From: a virus
Lineage: Duplodnaviria > Caudoviricetes
Length of the DNA stretch: 64,000 nucleotides
Virus record (IMG/VR): IMGVR_UViG_2862421350_000002
Span: 22,710-86,709 of that record
Strand: one strand, 5' to 3'
Positions 1-9,600 of this stretch are shown one piece after another. The notes under the pieces were generated by a model that was not told where the DNA came from, did not search any database, and saw only the letters and a program-made list of their open reading frames with translations. How positions within the stretch are numbered: the first letter of the stretch is position 1; each line of letters begins with the position of its first letter. A program made the translations under genes and the position numbers.

Positions 1-1
1 C

Positions 2-328
2 CTCGACCTGAGCAAGTTCACCGCGGACACCCACTACGTGGTCTCCGCGAACCCGCTGCTCCAGGGTCGTACGGTCATGAAGTCCGGCATCCCTCTCGGG
101 AAGATCACCGCGTCCGGGCTGTACGCCCCGTACGCGTCCGCTGCCGTGGACGGCAGCGAGGACCTCGCAGGGTTCCTGGTCTCCGAGATCAGCTTCAACC
201 CCACCTCCGTGAAGGCTTCCGGTGCCCTTCTGTGGCACGGAGAAGTCTTCGCCGCAGAGCTCCCCGTCGCCCTCGACCCGGCCACCGTCACCTCCGTGGC
301 GCCCGGCGTCAACATCCACTACCGGTAG
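2..328 (+). CDS. Head decoration protein (5' partial)
   Basis: Frame is open from the window edge; lies directly before the major capsid gene; SGIPLGK...GLYAPY...LAGFL pattern typical of lambda-D-like decoration proteins. Confidence 0.75.
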   Translation, partial: LDLSKFTADTHYVVSANPLLQGRTVMKSGIPLGKITASGLYAPYASAAVDGSEDLAGFLVSEISFNPTSVKASGALLWHGEVFAAELPVALDPATVTSVAPGVNIHYR

Positions 329-343
329 AAGGAGGAGATCACT

Positions 344-1396
344 ATGGAGGCTCTTGAGCTCCTCCTGCAGGACACCAACGACACCGACCTGACGGTGTTC
401 GCCCGCTCCATCGACACCCCCGCGAACTACCGGCTCACCCAGGAAGTGCTGCCCGAGCGGCAGATCCAGGGCGTCCGGTTCAAGACGACGTCCGCGAAGC
501 GGCGGGTCAACGCCGCGAAGTTCCGGGCGTACGACGCGCCGACGGCCATGGCGAAGCGCCAGGCCGAGCGAGTCGTGAACGAGGGCATGCTGCCCGCCCT
601 GGGCCAGACCCTCGCCGTCTCCGAGATGGACCAGATCCTCCTCGACGTCGGCCACGGCCAGGACACCCAGCAGTACATCGACCTGCTGTACTCCGACGTG
701 GAGCGGCACGTCGAATCCATCAAGACGGCACAGGAACTCGCCGCCGGCCAGCTCCTGGCCACCGGTGCGGTCAACCTCCCCGGCCTGGGCCTGGACGTCG
801 ACTGGAACGTCCCGGCGCTGAACATGCCGACCGCGGCAGTCCTGTGGGACGACCCGGCCGCCACCCCCCTGTCCGACGAGCGGGCGTGGATGGACTACCT
901 CGTCGACAACGGCGCCCCCGCCCCGCGCGAGATCATCACCTCGCGTCGGGCTCGGGCACTCCTCGCGTCCAACGCCGAGTACCGGACCGCCTACTACGGC
1001 TCATCCACCGTGGGCGGAACCCCGACCGCGACGCTCGCACCGAACGAAGTCGACACGGTCCGAGCCCGCTACGGGCTCCCGCCGATCGTCACGTACGACG
1101 TGCAGGTGTGGAACGACGACGTCTACCAGCGTGTCCTCCCGGACAACAAGTGGATCATGGTGCCGAACGTTCCGGCCTCCGAGTGGGCACAGACCCAGTA
1201 CGGAGTCACCCGCGAAGCCGCCAAGTTCACGTCCGGCACCAACCCGGCGCTCGTCCGGGAAGAGGCCCCCGGCATCGTCGTCGTCTCCAAGGTCGACGAC
1301 AACCCCGTCCAGATCTACACCCGCGGCGCTGCGATTGGCATGCCCGTTCTGTACGTCCCGGACATCCACATCTCCGCGACCGTCCTCGGGGCGTGA
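344..1396 (+). CDS. Major capsid protein (lambda E-like)
   Basis: 350 aa, strong SD AAGGAGG, position after the decoration gene, ends ISATVLGA. Confidence 0.85.
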   Translation: MEALELLLQDTNDTDLTVFARSIDTPANYRLTQEVLPERQIQGVRFKTTSAKRRVNAAKFRAYDAPTAMAKRQAERVVNEGMLPALGQTLAVSEMDQILLDVGHGQDTQQYIDLLYSDVERHVESIKTAQELAAGQLLATGAVNLPGLGLDVDWNVPALNMPTAAVLWDDPAATPLSDERAWMDYLVDNGAPAPREIITSRRARALLASNAEYRTAYYGSSTVGGTPTATLAPNEVDTVRARYGLPPIVTYDVQVWNDDVYQRVLPDNKWIMVPNVPASEWAQTQYGVTREAAKFTSGTNPALVREEAPGIVVVSKVDDNPVQIYTRGAAIGMPVLYVPDIHISATVLGA

Positions 1397-1401
1397 CCGC
1401 C

Positions 1402-1695
1402 ATGGCCAAGCTCAGCAAGGCCGTGTACGTACGCGACCCGGAACGCCACCGAACCGTCGTCCTGCTCCCGGGCGAGGAACCCGCACCGCACCTTGCGGCA
1501 CTGGTCACCAACCCCGACTGCTGGGAAGACGGCAAGGCGCCGTCCGCCCAGGACGACGCCGACACCCCGCCCAAGGACGAAACGGCCGCCAAGGGCGACG
1601 ACTCCGAGGACACCAAGCAGGCCGCCCGTAAGACGGCGGCCAAGAAGCCGGCCCGGGGCCGGACGGCCGCCGATGAGGGCACCGGCGGCCAGTAA
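1402..1695 (+). CDS. Capsid-associated small protein
   Basis: ATG 1402 in the frame of ORF 844..1695; short conserved N-terminus with a Lys/Ala-rich tail; follows the capsid gene. Confidence 0.6.
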   Translation: MAKLSKAVYVRDPERHRTVVLLPGEEPAPHLAALVTNPDCWEDGKAPSAQDDADTPPKDETAAKGDDSEDTKQAARKTAAKKPARGRTAADEGTGGQ

Positions 1696-1780
1696 GCGGC
1701 GTGCGGGCCCGACCCCCTGGTGGGGCGCCAGGCCGGGCCCGCACCTGCACCCCTTCCCCCGCCCCTGACAGGAGGACCTG

Positions 1781-2110
1781 GTGGACACAGCCGTACAGGC
1801 CTGGCTGATCTCCCAGCTCGGCGCCGACACCGACCTCATAGACCTCACCGTCCGCTACACCCGCCTCGGCACCGCCCGTGCGGTGGCCCTCGAAGTGGTG
1901 CGCGAGCGCCTGGCCGCCCTGCTCGCCTCACCCGGCTCGGTGTCCGTGTCCGGGGTCGTCTCCGTCAACTTCGGCGCGAACATCACCGCGTACGAGCGGC
2001 AGATCCTGTCCCTCGAATCCGGTGAACCGCCCGCACCCGACGATCCGGACGACGGCGACACCAGGGACAGGCTCGGCATCATGTACCTCACCGAACGGCC
2101 CCGCCGATGA
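1781..2110 (+). CDS. Head-tail connector/adaptor-like protein
   Basis: SD GGAGG, size and synteny. Confidence 0.55.
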   Translation: MDTAVQAWLISQLGADTDLIDLTVRYTRLGTARAVALEVVRERLAALLASPGSVSVSGVVSVNFGANITAYERQILSLESGEPPAPDDPDDGDTRDRLGIMYLTERPRR

Positions 2111-2940
2111 GCACCCCCACCCGGCGCCGCACCCTGCGCGCCCGCCTTCTGGACTTCATCCGCGGTGGAGTCAGCCGCCTTACAAGCGCGTGGCGGATCC
2201 TCACCGACGCCCAGAACCGGCTCCTCACCGCCCTCGCCTCCATCCGGCCCGGGCGCGCCGCGGCCGCCCGCATCCGCGCCGCCGTCCTCACCTTCCAGCA
2301 GGCCCTCGCCGCATTCAGCCGGGACACCGGGGCGTTCATCGAACGCTGGGCCGCCACCGACCTCCCCACCGCGTACCGCGACGGGTCCCTCGCCATGCTC
2401 GACCGGGCCGACCGCCCCCACCGCTCCTGGTCCTGGACCCGCCGGCACCAGAGCACCGTCACCACCCTGACCGCCCAGTATTACGCCGACCTCATGGGCC
2501 GCCTCCAGGAAGCCATCCGCCGGGGACAAGCCTTCCTCCGCGCCGCCCAGGACGCCGCCCGCGCGAGGGTCACCCAGTTTGACGCCGGGAGCTTCGACCC
2601 GGACGCTCTGCGCCAGCAGCACCCCCTCAACACCGTCATATACGTCAACGACGCCCGGCACCCCGTGGAGACGTGGGCGGGGGCCGCCTTGTCCTGGCAG
2701 GCCGTCACCACCGCCAACGCCGGGGCGGTCACCACGGCGTACGAGCAGCTCGGCTGCACCCGCGTCCAGGTCCGTGATGGGAACGGCTGTGGCTGGCAGA
2801 GCCACGACGACTCCGATCTTGCCGACGGCACCTACCGCAGCATCGACGACGCTCTCGCTCACCCCAGCGCGCACCCGAACTGCCAGCGCGAATTCCTCCC
2901 GCACTTCGACCGCCCCAACGCCCTAGGAGCCCTCGCATGA
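2107..2940 (+). CDS. Minor capsid / head morphogenesis (MuF-like) protein
   Basis: C-terminal C...HPNCQR motif; ATGA overlap with the upstream gene. Confidence 0.7.
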   Translation: MSTPTRRRTLRARLLDFIRGGVSRLTSAWRILTDAQNRLLTALASIRPGRAAAARIRAAVLTFQQALAAFSRDTGAFIERWAATDLPTAYRDGSLAMLDRADRPHRSWSWTRRHQSTVTTLTAQYYADLMGRLQEAIRRGQAFLRAAQDAARARVTQFDAGSFDPDALRQQHPLNTVIYVNDARHPVETWAGAALSWQAVTTANAGAVTTAYEQLGCTRVQVRDGNGCGWQSHDDSDLADGTYRSIDDALAHPSAHPNCQREFLPHFDRPNALGALA

Positions 2941-3308
2941 TCAGCCCTGAGAAGTTCCGCAAGAAGCCCGTCGAGATTGAGGCCGTACACCTCACCAACG
3001 GCGTCGCTCCCGACGAAGTCGCCTCTTGGTGCGGGGGCCGAGTGGCCGCCCATCCTGAGCAGAACTACACCGGTGGAGCGATCGTCATCGAGATTGACAC
3101 CCTCGAAGGCACCATGCGGGCCGAGCCCGGCGACTGGATCATCAAGGGAGTGGCAGGCGAGTTCTACCCCTGCAAGCCGGACATCTTCGAAGCCACCTAT
3201 GAGGGGGCGGGCTCTACAGATGTCAGCTCGGATGCCGTTCGCTGCTGTGGTCGACCGCAGAACGGCATCTGCGTTCATGACGTCATCCAGCCTTCTCCGG
3301 GACGGTGA
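2937..3308 (+). CDS. Conserved phage protein (KFRKKPV...TLEG...PGDWIIKG...FYPCKPDIF family)
   Basis: Recognisable widespread phage motif. Confidence 0.75.
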   Translation: MISPEKFRKKPVEIEAVHLTNGVAPDEVASWCGGRVAAHPEQNYTGGAIVIEIDTLEGTMRAEPGDWIIKGVAGEFYPCKPDIFEATYEGAGSTDVSSDAVRCCGRPQNGICVHDVIQPSPGR

Positions 3309-3312
3309 GCGT

Positions 3313-3696
3313 ATGACCGCCCCGAGCATGGCCGATGAGCCCCGTCACGTCCGTATCACCGCCGACGGCGTCATGGGTTCCGTCGCAGTCGACGGCACCG
3401 ACATCAGCAAGTCCGTCCAGGGTTACAACCTGGAACACCGCGTCGGCTCCGCCCCGCTCCTCGTCCTCTACGCCGCACCGCAGACCGGCGTGCAGTTCGA
3501 CGGCCTCGCGCACGTCGCGGTCGGCGACCAGCAGGACCCCGGCGACACCGTCGCAGCGTTCCTCGCCAACATCGACCCCGCCGCCCTGAGCCGCGCCGCC
3601 CTGAACCGCGACGATCTCGACGGCACCCCCCACGAACTCACCCGCGCCATGCTCCAGACCCTCGCCGACATGGCCCTCGGCAAGGCAGGCACCTGA
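3313..3696 (+). CDS. Hypothetical phage protein
   Basis: Coding-like codon bias; TGATG coupling to the next gene. Confidence 0.6.
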   Translation: MTAPSMADEPRHVRITADGVMGSVAVDGTDISKSVQGYNLEHRVGSAPLLVLYAAPQTGVQFDGLAHVAVGDQQDPGDTVAAFLANIDPAALSRAALNRDDLDGTPHELTRAMLQTLADMALGKAGT

Positions 3697-4154
3697 TGGC
3701 CGGACTCGACCAAGCGCTCGCCGGCGTCACCCGATGGATCGGCAACAACCTCCTCATCGACACCGTCCGCGTCACCCGACCCGGCAGCGGCGAACCCGTC
3801 CTGAACACCAACACAGGCCAACTGGAGTACCCCGAAGGCGACGTCCTGTACGAGGGGCCGGGTGGGGTTTTCCCGTCCAGCGGTACCACTGAGCGGGCCG
3901 CTGTACCCGACGCGAGCCAGCCGTGGACACAGCAGCAGAAGCTCGCCTACTTCCTCTTCACCCCGCTGCCCGCGCCACCCCCGCCCGAGAGCGCCATTGT
4001 GTCCGTCGTCGCCGTGCACGACCCGGCCCGGACCGCGCTCCTCGGGCGCACCTGGACGTGCGCCGGACCGGGAATGGCCAGCACTGTCGAGGTCGTCCGC
4101 AAAACACCGCTGGACCAGAACACCATCCCGGCCGGCGTGGATGGTGGCATGTGA
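3696..4154 (+). CDS. Head closure/stopper-like protein (DUF6093-like)
   Basis: DTVRVTRP...G...YEGP motif; synteny. Confidence 0.6.
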   Translation: MAGLDQALAGVTRWIGNNLLIDTVRVTRPGSGEPVLNTNTGQLEYPEGDVLYEGPGGVFPSSGTTERAAVPDASQPWTQQQKLAYFLFTPLPAPPPPESAIVSVVAVHDPARTALLGRTWTCAGPGMASTVEVVRKTPLDQNTIPAGVDGGM

Positions 4155-4540
4155 CGCCCGATGAGATGGCCGACCGGCTCGACGCCGCCGCCGACAGCCT
4201 CGGCGACGCCATCGCCCGCCGCGTGGTGCACACCGCCGAACTCGGGCGCGGCATGATCCGTGCCAACGCCACCGGCCGCCCCGGCCCCAACGTCATCACC
4301 GGCAAATACCGGTCCTCGTGGGAAGTCGTCGGCCGGGCCATCCCGCACGGAGCACAGTGCACCATCGGCACCAACGCCCCCCAGGGCCGCCGCCTGGAGT
4401 ACGGCTTCTGGGACATGACCGACAGCATCGGCCGGCACTTCTACCAGCCGCCGTACCCCCACGTCGGGCCCGCCGTACCCCGCATGGAAGCCGTCCTGCG
4501 TGAACAGATGCTCGGCGCCGTTCAGGAGGTGCTGGGATGA
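4151..4540 (+). CDS. HK97 gp10-like tail completion protein
   Basis: TGKYRSSW...GTNAP..RLEYG...PYPHVGPA motifs. Confidence 0.75.
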   Translation: MTPDEMADRLDAAADSLGDAIARRVVHTAELGRGMIRANATGRPGPNVITGKYRSSWEVVGRAIPHGAQCTIGTNAPQGRRLEYGFWDMTDSIGRHFYQPPYPHVGPAVPRMEAVLREQMLGAVQEVLG

Positions 4541-4986
4541 TCGACCGCCTTCCCGTCACCATGGCCCTGTCAGCGCTCCTCGCCTCCGCCACCAGCCTGC
4601 CGGTCGGCCGGGGCAGCAAGCCGCCCAACATCCCACCCCCGTACTTCCTGCTGTACGCCATGCCCGCCGAACTGTCCGGTGCACCGCTGGCCGACGAACA
4701 CGAGGACGCCTCGCTCGTCTACCAGGTGACCTCGGTGTCCGGACCGGACCCGTCGAAGCCAGACTCGCGGGGTGTCGCTGACCAGGCGGAGTGGATGGCC
4801 GACAAGGCGCGCAAGGCTTTCCTCGGGCGCGACCCGGCAACCGGATTGTGGCTGCGCACCCTCACCATCCCCGGCGTGAAAGTCACCGCCCGGTCCCTCG
4901 ACGTTGAAGCGGGGGGAACGAATGATCCAGCCGATGCCATCATGAGTTACGTGCAGAGGTTCAGGTTCGACCTGACCCCCGCCTGA
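4537..4986 (+). CDS. Tail terminator-like protein
   Basis: Position before the tail tube gene; PPYFLLY and YQVTSV strands. Confidence 0.65.
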   Translation: MIDRLPVTMALSALLASATSLPVGRGSKPPNIPPPYFLLYAMPAELSGAPLADEHEDASLVYQVTSVSGPDPSKPDSRGVADQAEWMADKARKAFLGRDPATGLWLRTLTIPGVKVTARSLDVEAGGTNDPADAIMSYVQRFRFDLTPA

Positions 4987-5116
4987 CATCTGATCAGGCG
5001 TTTCACCGCACCGCGGCGGCCCCTTCGCGGACGTGCCACTCGTGGCCGACTCCCACACCGCATCGCATTCAGGGGCCACACGCCAGCAGGCACAGCCCCG
5101 GGACAAGGGGCCCACC

Positions 5117-5587
5117 ATGGCCAGGTTTAACCGCAAGGGCGTCACGAAGATTCTCTTCGCCGACACGATCGCCGACACCGGATACATGCCGACGCTCGTC
5201 GAAGTCACCGGAGCCGAGGACTACACCAAGGCCATCGCCGCCGTCGACGGGTTCTCCATCGAGAACCAAGAGATCGACACCCCCGACATGGACTCCACGT
5301 TCGTGGCGAAGATCCCCGGCGACGACAGCGCAGCCGACAGCTCCCTGACGTTTTACGAGGACGACACCACCGACGACATCGAAACCGCCCTCGCCAAGGG
5401 CACCACCGGCTTCATCATCATCTGCCGCAAGGGCAAGGCCGCCAGCACCGCAGGCATGGACGTCTATCCGGTACGCGTCGCGTCGAACTCCGCGACGATC
5501 ACCGCCGACAACGAGGCCGCGAAGATCGCCGTCCGGTTTTCCATCACCGACCGGCCGCTGCTCAACGCCACCGTCCCGGCTGCCTGA
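5117..5587 (+). CDS. Major tail tube protein
   Basis: Acidic ~156 aa, TPDMDSTFVAKIPG...LTFYED; precedes the chaperone and tape measure. Confidence 0.8.
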   Translation: MARFNRKGVTKILFADTIADTGYMPTLVEVTGAEDYTKAIAAVDGFSIENQEIDTPDMDSTFVAKIPGDDSAADSSLTFYEDDTTDDIETALAKGTTGFIIICRKGKAASTAGMDVYPVRVASNSATITADNEAAKIAVRFSITDRPLLNATVPAA

Positions 5588-5684
5588 CCCCCTCTCAGCT
5601 CCCGGCCGGGCCCGACAGCGTTTCGGGAAGGGGCGCCCGTTGGCGCCCGGCCGGGTCCCCTTCCCCTGACGGAGGACCCTCCTC

Positions 5685-6245
5685 ATGACCACCGCACGAA
5701 AGACCGCCGCACCCAAGCCTCCCGCTGCCGCCGTAGCGCAGGATGCGCACTGGGCCGCGACTCGGGAGCGGCTCCTGGCCCGCGCCCGCCCCGTCCTGAA
5801 GCTGACGATCTGCGACGACGACGGGGCGAAGCAGGCCGTGTACGCCGCCCGGGCCGCCGAGCTGGAGGCCAAGGGGGAGGCGGAGCGCAGCCCGGAGGAC
5901 GAAGCCGCCCAGGCCGCCCACCGGGTGGCCGCCGCCGCCCTTGCCGACGCGCAGGCAGCCCTCGACGCCGTGTCGATCCCGCTCCGCTTCCAGGCACTGG
6001 ACCGCAAGACGTACAAGGAGCTTCTCGCCGCGCACCGGCCGACGGAGGAGCAGGCCGAGGACGGCTACGACTTCAACCTCGACACCCTCGGTCCCGTGCT
6101 CATCGCCGCCGCCTCCCTCGACGGGATCACCGAGGAGGACGCGCAGACGTTCCTCGATGACTGGTCGAAGGCGGAAGCCGAATCGCTCCTGAACACGGCC
6201 TTCGGGGTGCAGCGCGAAGAGCGCATGGACCTGGGAAAAGGCTGA
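5685..6245 (+). CDS. Tail assembly chaperone (G)
   Basis: Ends DLGKG over the slippery heptamer GGGAAAA. Confidence 0.8.
   Translation: MTTARKTAAPKPPAAAVAQDAHWAATRERLLARARPVLKLTICDDDGAKQAVYAARAAELEAKGEAERSPEDEAAQAAHRVAAAALADAQAALDAVSIPLRFQALDRKTYKELLAAHRPTEEQAEDGYDFNLDTLGPVLIAAASLDGITEEDAQTFLDDWSKAEAESLLNTAFGVQREERMDLGKG
6233..6239 (+). other. Programmed -1 frameshift site G GGA AAA
   Basis: XXXYYYZ heptamer in the correct phase; the -1 frame is open to 6637. Confidence 0.85.
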
Positions 6246-6637
6246 TCGCCGATGAAGCCTTTCGTGTCGAACTGGCCCTCTGCGACCGGTGGGGTATCCC
6301 GCACTCCCAGTTCCGGGGTGCAGGCGACGGCACGTGGACGGCACGCGACCGGGAGAAGGCACTGGCCTACCAGGAGTACCTCTCCACGGTGTGCCCGCAG
6401 TGCCGGACCCGGCACGACGACTGGGACCACGGCGGCCCCGACGAAGAGGACGCCTGGGCGGCCACCGTGCAGCTGTGCATCGGCTGCCAGGTCATCGCCG
6501 ACAAGCAGGCCGAACTGTCCCGCGACAAGGGCGACGACACCCACGGACTCAAGGTCGCACTGATCCCCGCAGCGACCGCCGCGGCGATCGAAGCCGAACG
6601 AGAGCAGAAAGCACACCGCCGCCGGCACGGCGGCTGA
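6239..6637 (+). CDS. Tail assembly chaperone frameshift extension (T part of GT)
   Basis: -1 frame reads RLIADEAFRVELALCDRWGIPHSQF...CPQC...CIGC and has no obvious start of its own. Confidence 0.75.
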   Translation, partial: RLIADEAFRVELALCDRWGIPHSQFRGAGDGTWTARDREKALAYQEYLSTVCPQCRTRHDDWDHGGPDEEDAWAATVQLCIGCQVIADKQAELSRDKGDDTHGLKVALIPAATAAAIEAEREQKAHRRRHGG

Positions 6638-6663
6638 CAACGAAGACGAGAGGAGGGCGGCCG

Positions 6664-9600
6664 GTGGCCCACTGGAATCTCGACGTGTCCTTGCGCGGGC
6701 AGGGCAACAACCTTTCCCGCAAGCTCAAGACGGCGGCCGCCGACGCCCGCGACCTGGCCGACGCCGCCCGCGACGCCCAGAGCGAGGTCACCCAGCTCGG
6801 CACCGTATCAACCGCCACCGGGAAGGCCGTCAAGAAGCTCGGCACCGCCTCCGAAGCGGCAACCGCCCGGCTCCTCGCGATGGGAGCCCAGGCCAAGTCC
6901 GCTGCAAAGGACATGCGGAAGCTGGAACGGGACCTGGCGTCCGCGGACGCCCAGATCCGGGCCATGGCCAACGAGGTCAGCATCCGTGCTGAGCTCGACG
7001 ACCAGACCGCTACCGGCACCGCGTCAGTACGGGCATCACTCGCCACCCTGGCAGGGCTCAGCCCCATCGGCCTGCGGGCCACCCTCGACGACGACACCGG
7101 GCTCGGGATTGCGGCCGTCACTGCTGCCCTCGCCAACCTGCGCGCCCAGAGCCCCGTCGACATCACCGCGACCTTCACCGGCGACAGCAGTCAGATGGTG
7201 ACCGCCGCCACCGCCATCGGCGACCTGCGCGACCGGGCCGACAGCGCGGACACAGCCCTGGCCGCACTTGCCGCACAGTCCGCCACCACCGCGGCCGCCC
7301 TGAACACCGTCCAGCAGGAAGCCCGCGACGCCTCCCGCGCCCTCCGCACGCTGCGCGCCCGTGCCGCCGCCGCTGCCGAGGCGCTCGAGGAGCTCGGCAG
7401 CCGGGCCATCCTCGCCGCGACCGGGCTGCGCAGTCTCGGCGACGGGGCGAACACCGCCAACGGCAACCTGACCGCCCTGTCCGGGAACACCCGGACCCTG
7501 CGCGGCGACATGGACGACCTCGACGGCACCCTCACACGCGTCACCGGGCGCCTTGGAGGGCTGAGCGGGTCCCTCGGCACGGTCAGCACCACCAGCAGTG
7601 GCACGACCGGCAACATGCGGAACCTCATGGTCGCCGCGGTCGCCCTCGGTACCGCCCTCATCCCCATTGCCGCAGCCACCGCCCCGATCGCCGCCGGGCT
7701 CGCCGCATCCGGGGCCGCGATCGGAGCGTTCGGCCTAGCGGTAGGCGGTCAGATCGCCGCGCTCGCCGAAGCGTCCGAGGCCGAGACGAAATACCAGGAC
7801 GCGGTCGACGAGCACGGCAAGTCCTCCGAAGAGGCCGCCAAGGCCGAGGCGGAGTACCTGCGGACCCTGGCCGACATGCCCCCCGCCGCCCGGGAATCCG
7901 CCGCCGCCCTGGCCGTCCTCAAGGACGAGTACAAAGACTGGTCGAACGCTCTGGCCGGCGACACCATGCCCGTCGTCACCAAATCCATGGGCCTCTTCCG
8001 TGCGCTCCTCCCGCACACCACCGGCCTCGTCAAGGGCACCTCCCGGGAGCTCGACCGGCTCCTCAACGTCGCCGCCGGCGGCATGACCACCCCCGGCTTC
8101 GACCGGTTCATCAAATCCTTCACGGCCTTCGCCACCGGGGCCCTGGCCCGCGGCACCACCCACCTGACGGGCTTCATCCAGGCCCTCAACACCGGCGAGA
8201 TTGGTGCCGACCTCCGTGAGTTCATGGCCTACGCCCGCGAGCACGGGCCCCTTGTCGGTGAAACGCTGATGAACCTCGCGAAGGCCGTCATGACCCTGCT
8301 GGTCGCAGCCTCCGACATGGGCGTCAGCGTCCTTACCGCCGTCAACGCCCTCGCCCAGCTCGTCAACGCCATCCCCCCCGAGGCCCTGTCCACGTTCATC
8401 CAGCTGTACGCGGTCATGAAACTCGTGACGCTCGGCATGGCCGCCATGGGCGCCGTCGCAGGCGGGGCCGCGCTCGCCAACGTCACCGCGTTCGGCCGCG
8501 CCATGATGTTCGGTGGGGTCCGCCCGGCGATCGGCGGCGTCATCCAGGGCATGTCGGGGCTCCAGAAGGCTGCCGTTGCCCTCGGTGTTCTCGGCGTCGT
8601 GGCGATCGGCCTCGACATGCTGACCGACAAGGTCCGCGACGCGCCGCCGGATGTCGACAAGATGACGAGCAGCCTGGCCCGCTTCGCCGATTCAGGCCGC
8701 GTGGCCGGCGAGATGTCCCGCGTTTTCGGCAAGGACCTGTCCGGCCTGGTCGACACCCTCAGCGTGATGGGTTCGAAAGGTAAGGGTGCCGACTTCTTCG
8801 CGGCCTTCGAGAAGAGCCCGGTCAACCTGAAGGAGTCGAAGAAGGAGTTCGAGGCGTTCGACAAGAGCCTCGCTTCCCTCGTCACCGGCGGCAAGGCCGA
8901 CCTTGCGGCGGCCGGGCTGGCCCGCGTCAAGGCGATGATGGAGGCGGCGGGGAAGCCGACGGCCGGAATGAAGGATCGGCTCACCGAGTACAAGGAGGCG
9001 CTGGCTGCCGCAGCGTTCGAGCAGCAACTTGCCGCCGACGGCATGGGCCTGTTCGGCCAGCAGGCGCAGGCGGTGCAGACGAAGCTGGACGCGCAAAAGG
9101 CAAGCACCGACGGTCTACGCCAGTCGATCGTCGCTTTGAACGAGACGAACCGGGCCGCGCTCGGCGGGATGATCGGATTCGAGGCCAGCATCGACGCCGC
9201 CGCGAAAGCGGCGAAGGAGAACGCCGGGGCCCTCAAGATGGTCAACGGCGAGCTCGACCTGAACTCCCCGAAGGCCCAGGCCGCAGCGACTGCTCTCCAG
9301 GACCTTGGGGCGAAGACCGACGAAGCAGCAACCGCCGCCCTCGACTCCGGAAAGTCGTGGGAGTACGCGAACGGGATCTACGAACGCGGCGAGCAGGCCA
9401 TCATCAAGTCCGGCCAGGCGATGGGCCTCACCAAGGCCCAGGCCCAGGCCCTCGCCGCCACCGTGCTGACCATCCCGGAGAAGAAGGTCAGCACGATCGA
9501 GATGCGGCGCGAGGACGCCATCGCCGGTCTCGACGCCGTCATCGCGAAGATCAAGGCCACCCCCGGCAACAAATCCGTCACCGTGAAGGCCCTCACCGCT

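Noticed and set aside
6289-6663. N-terminal extension of the tape measure
   Set aside because: Overlaps the frameshifted chaperone ORF; the SD supports GTG 6664
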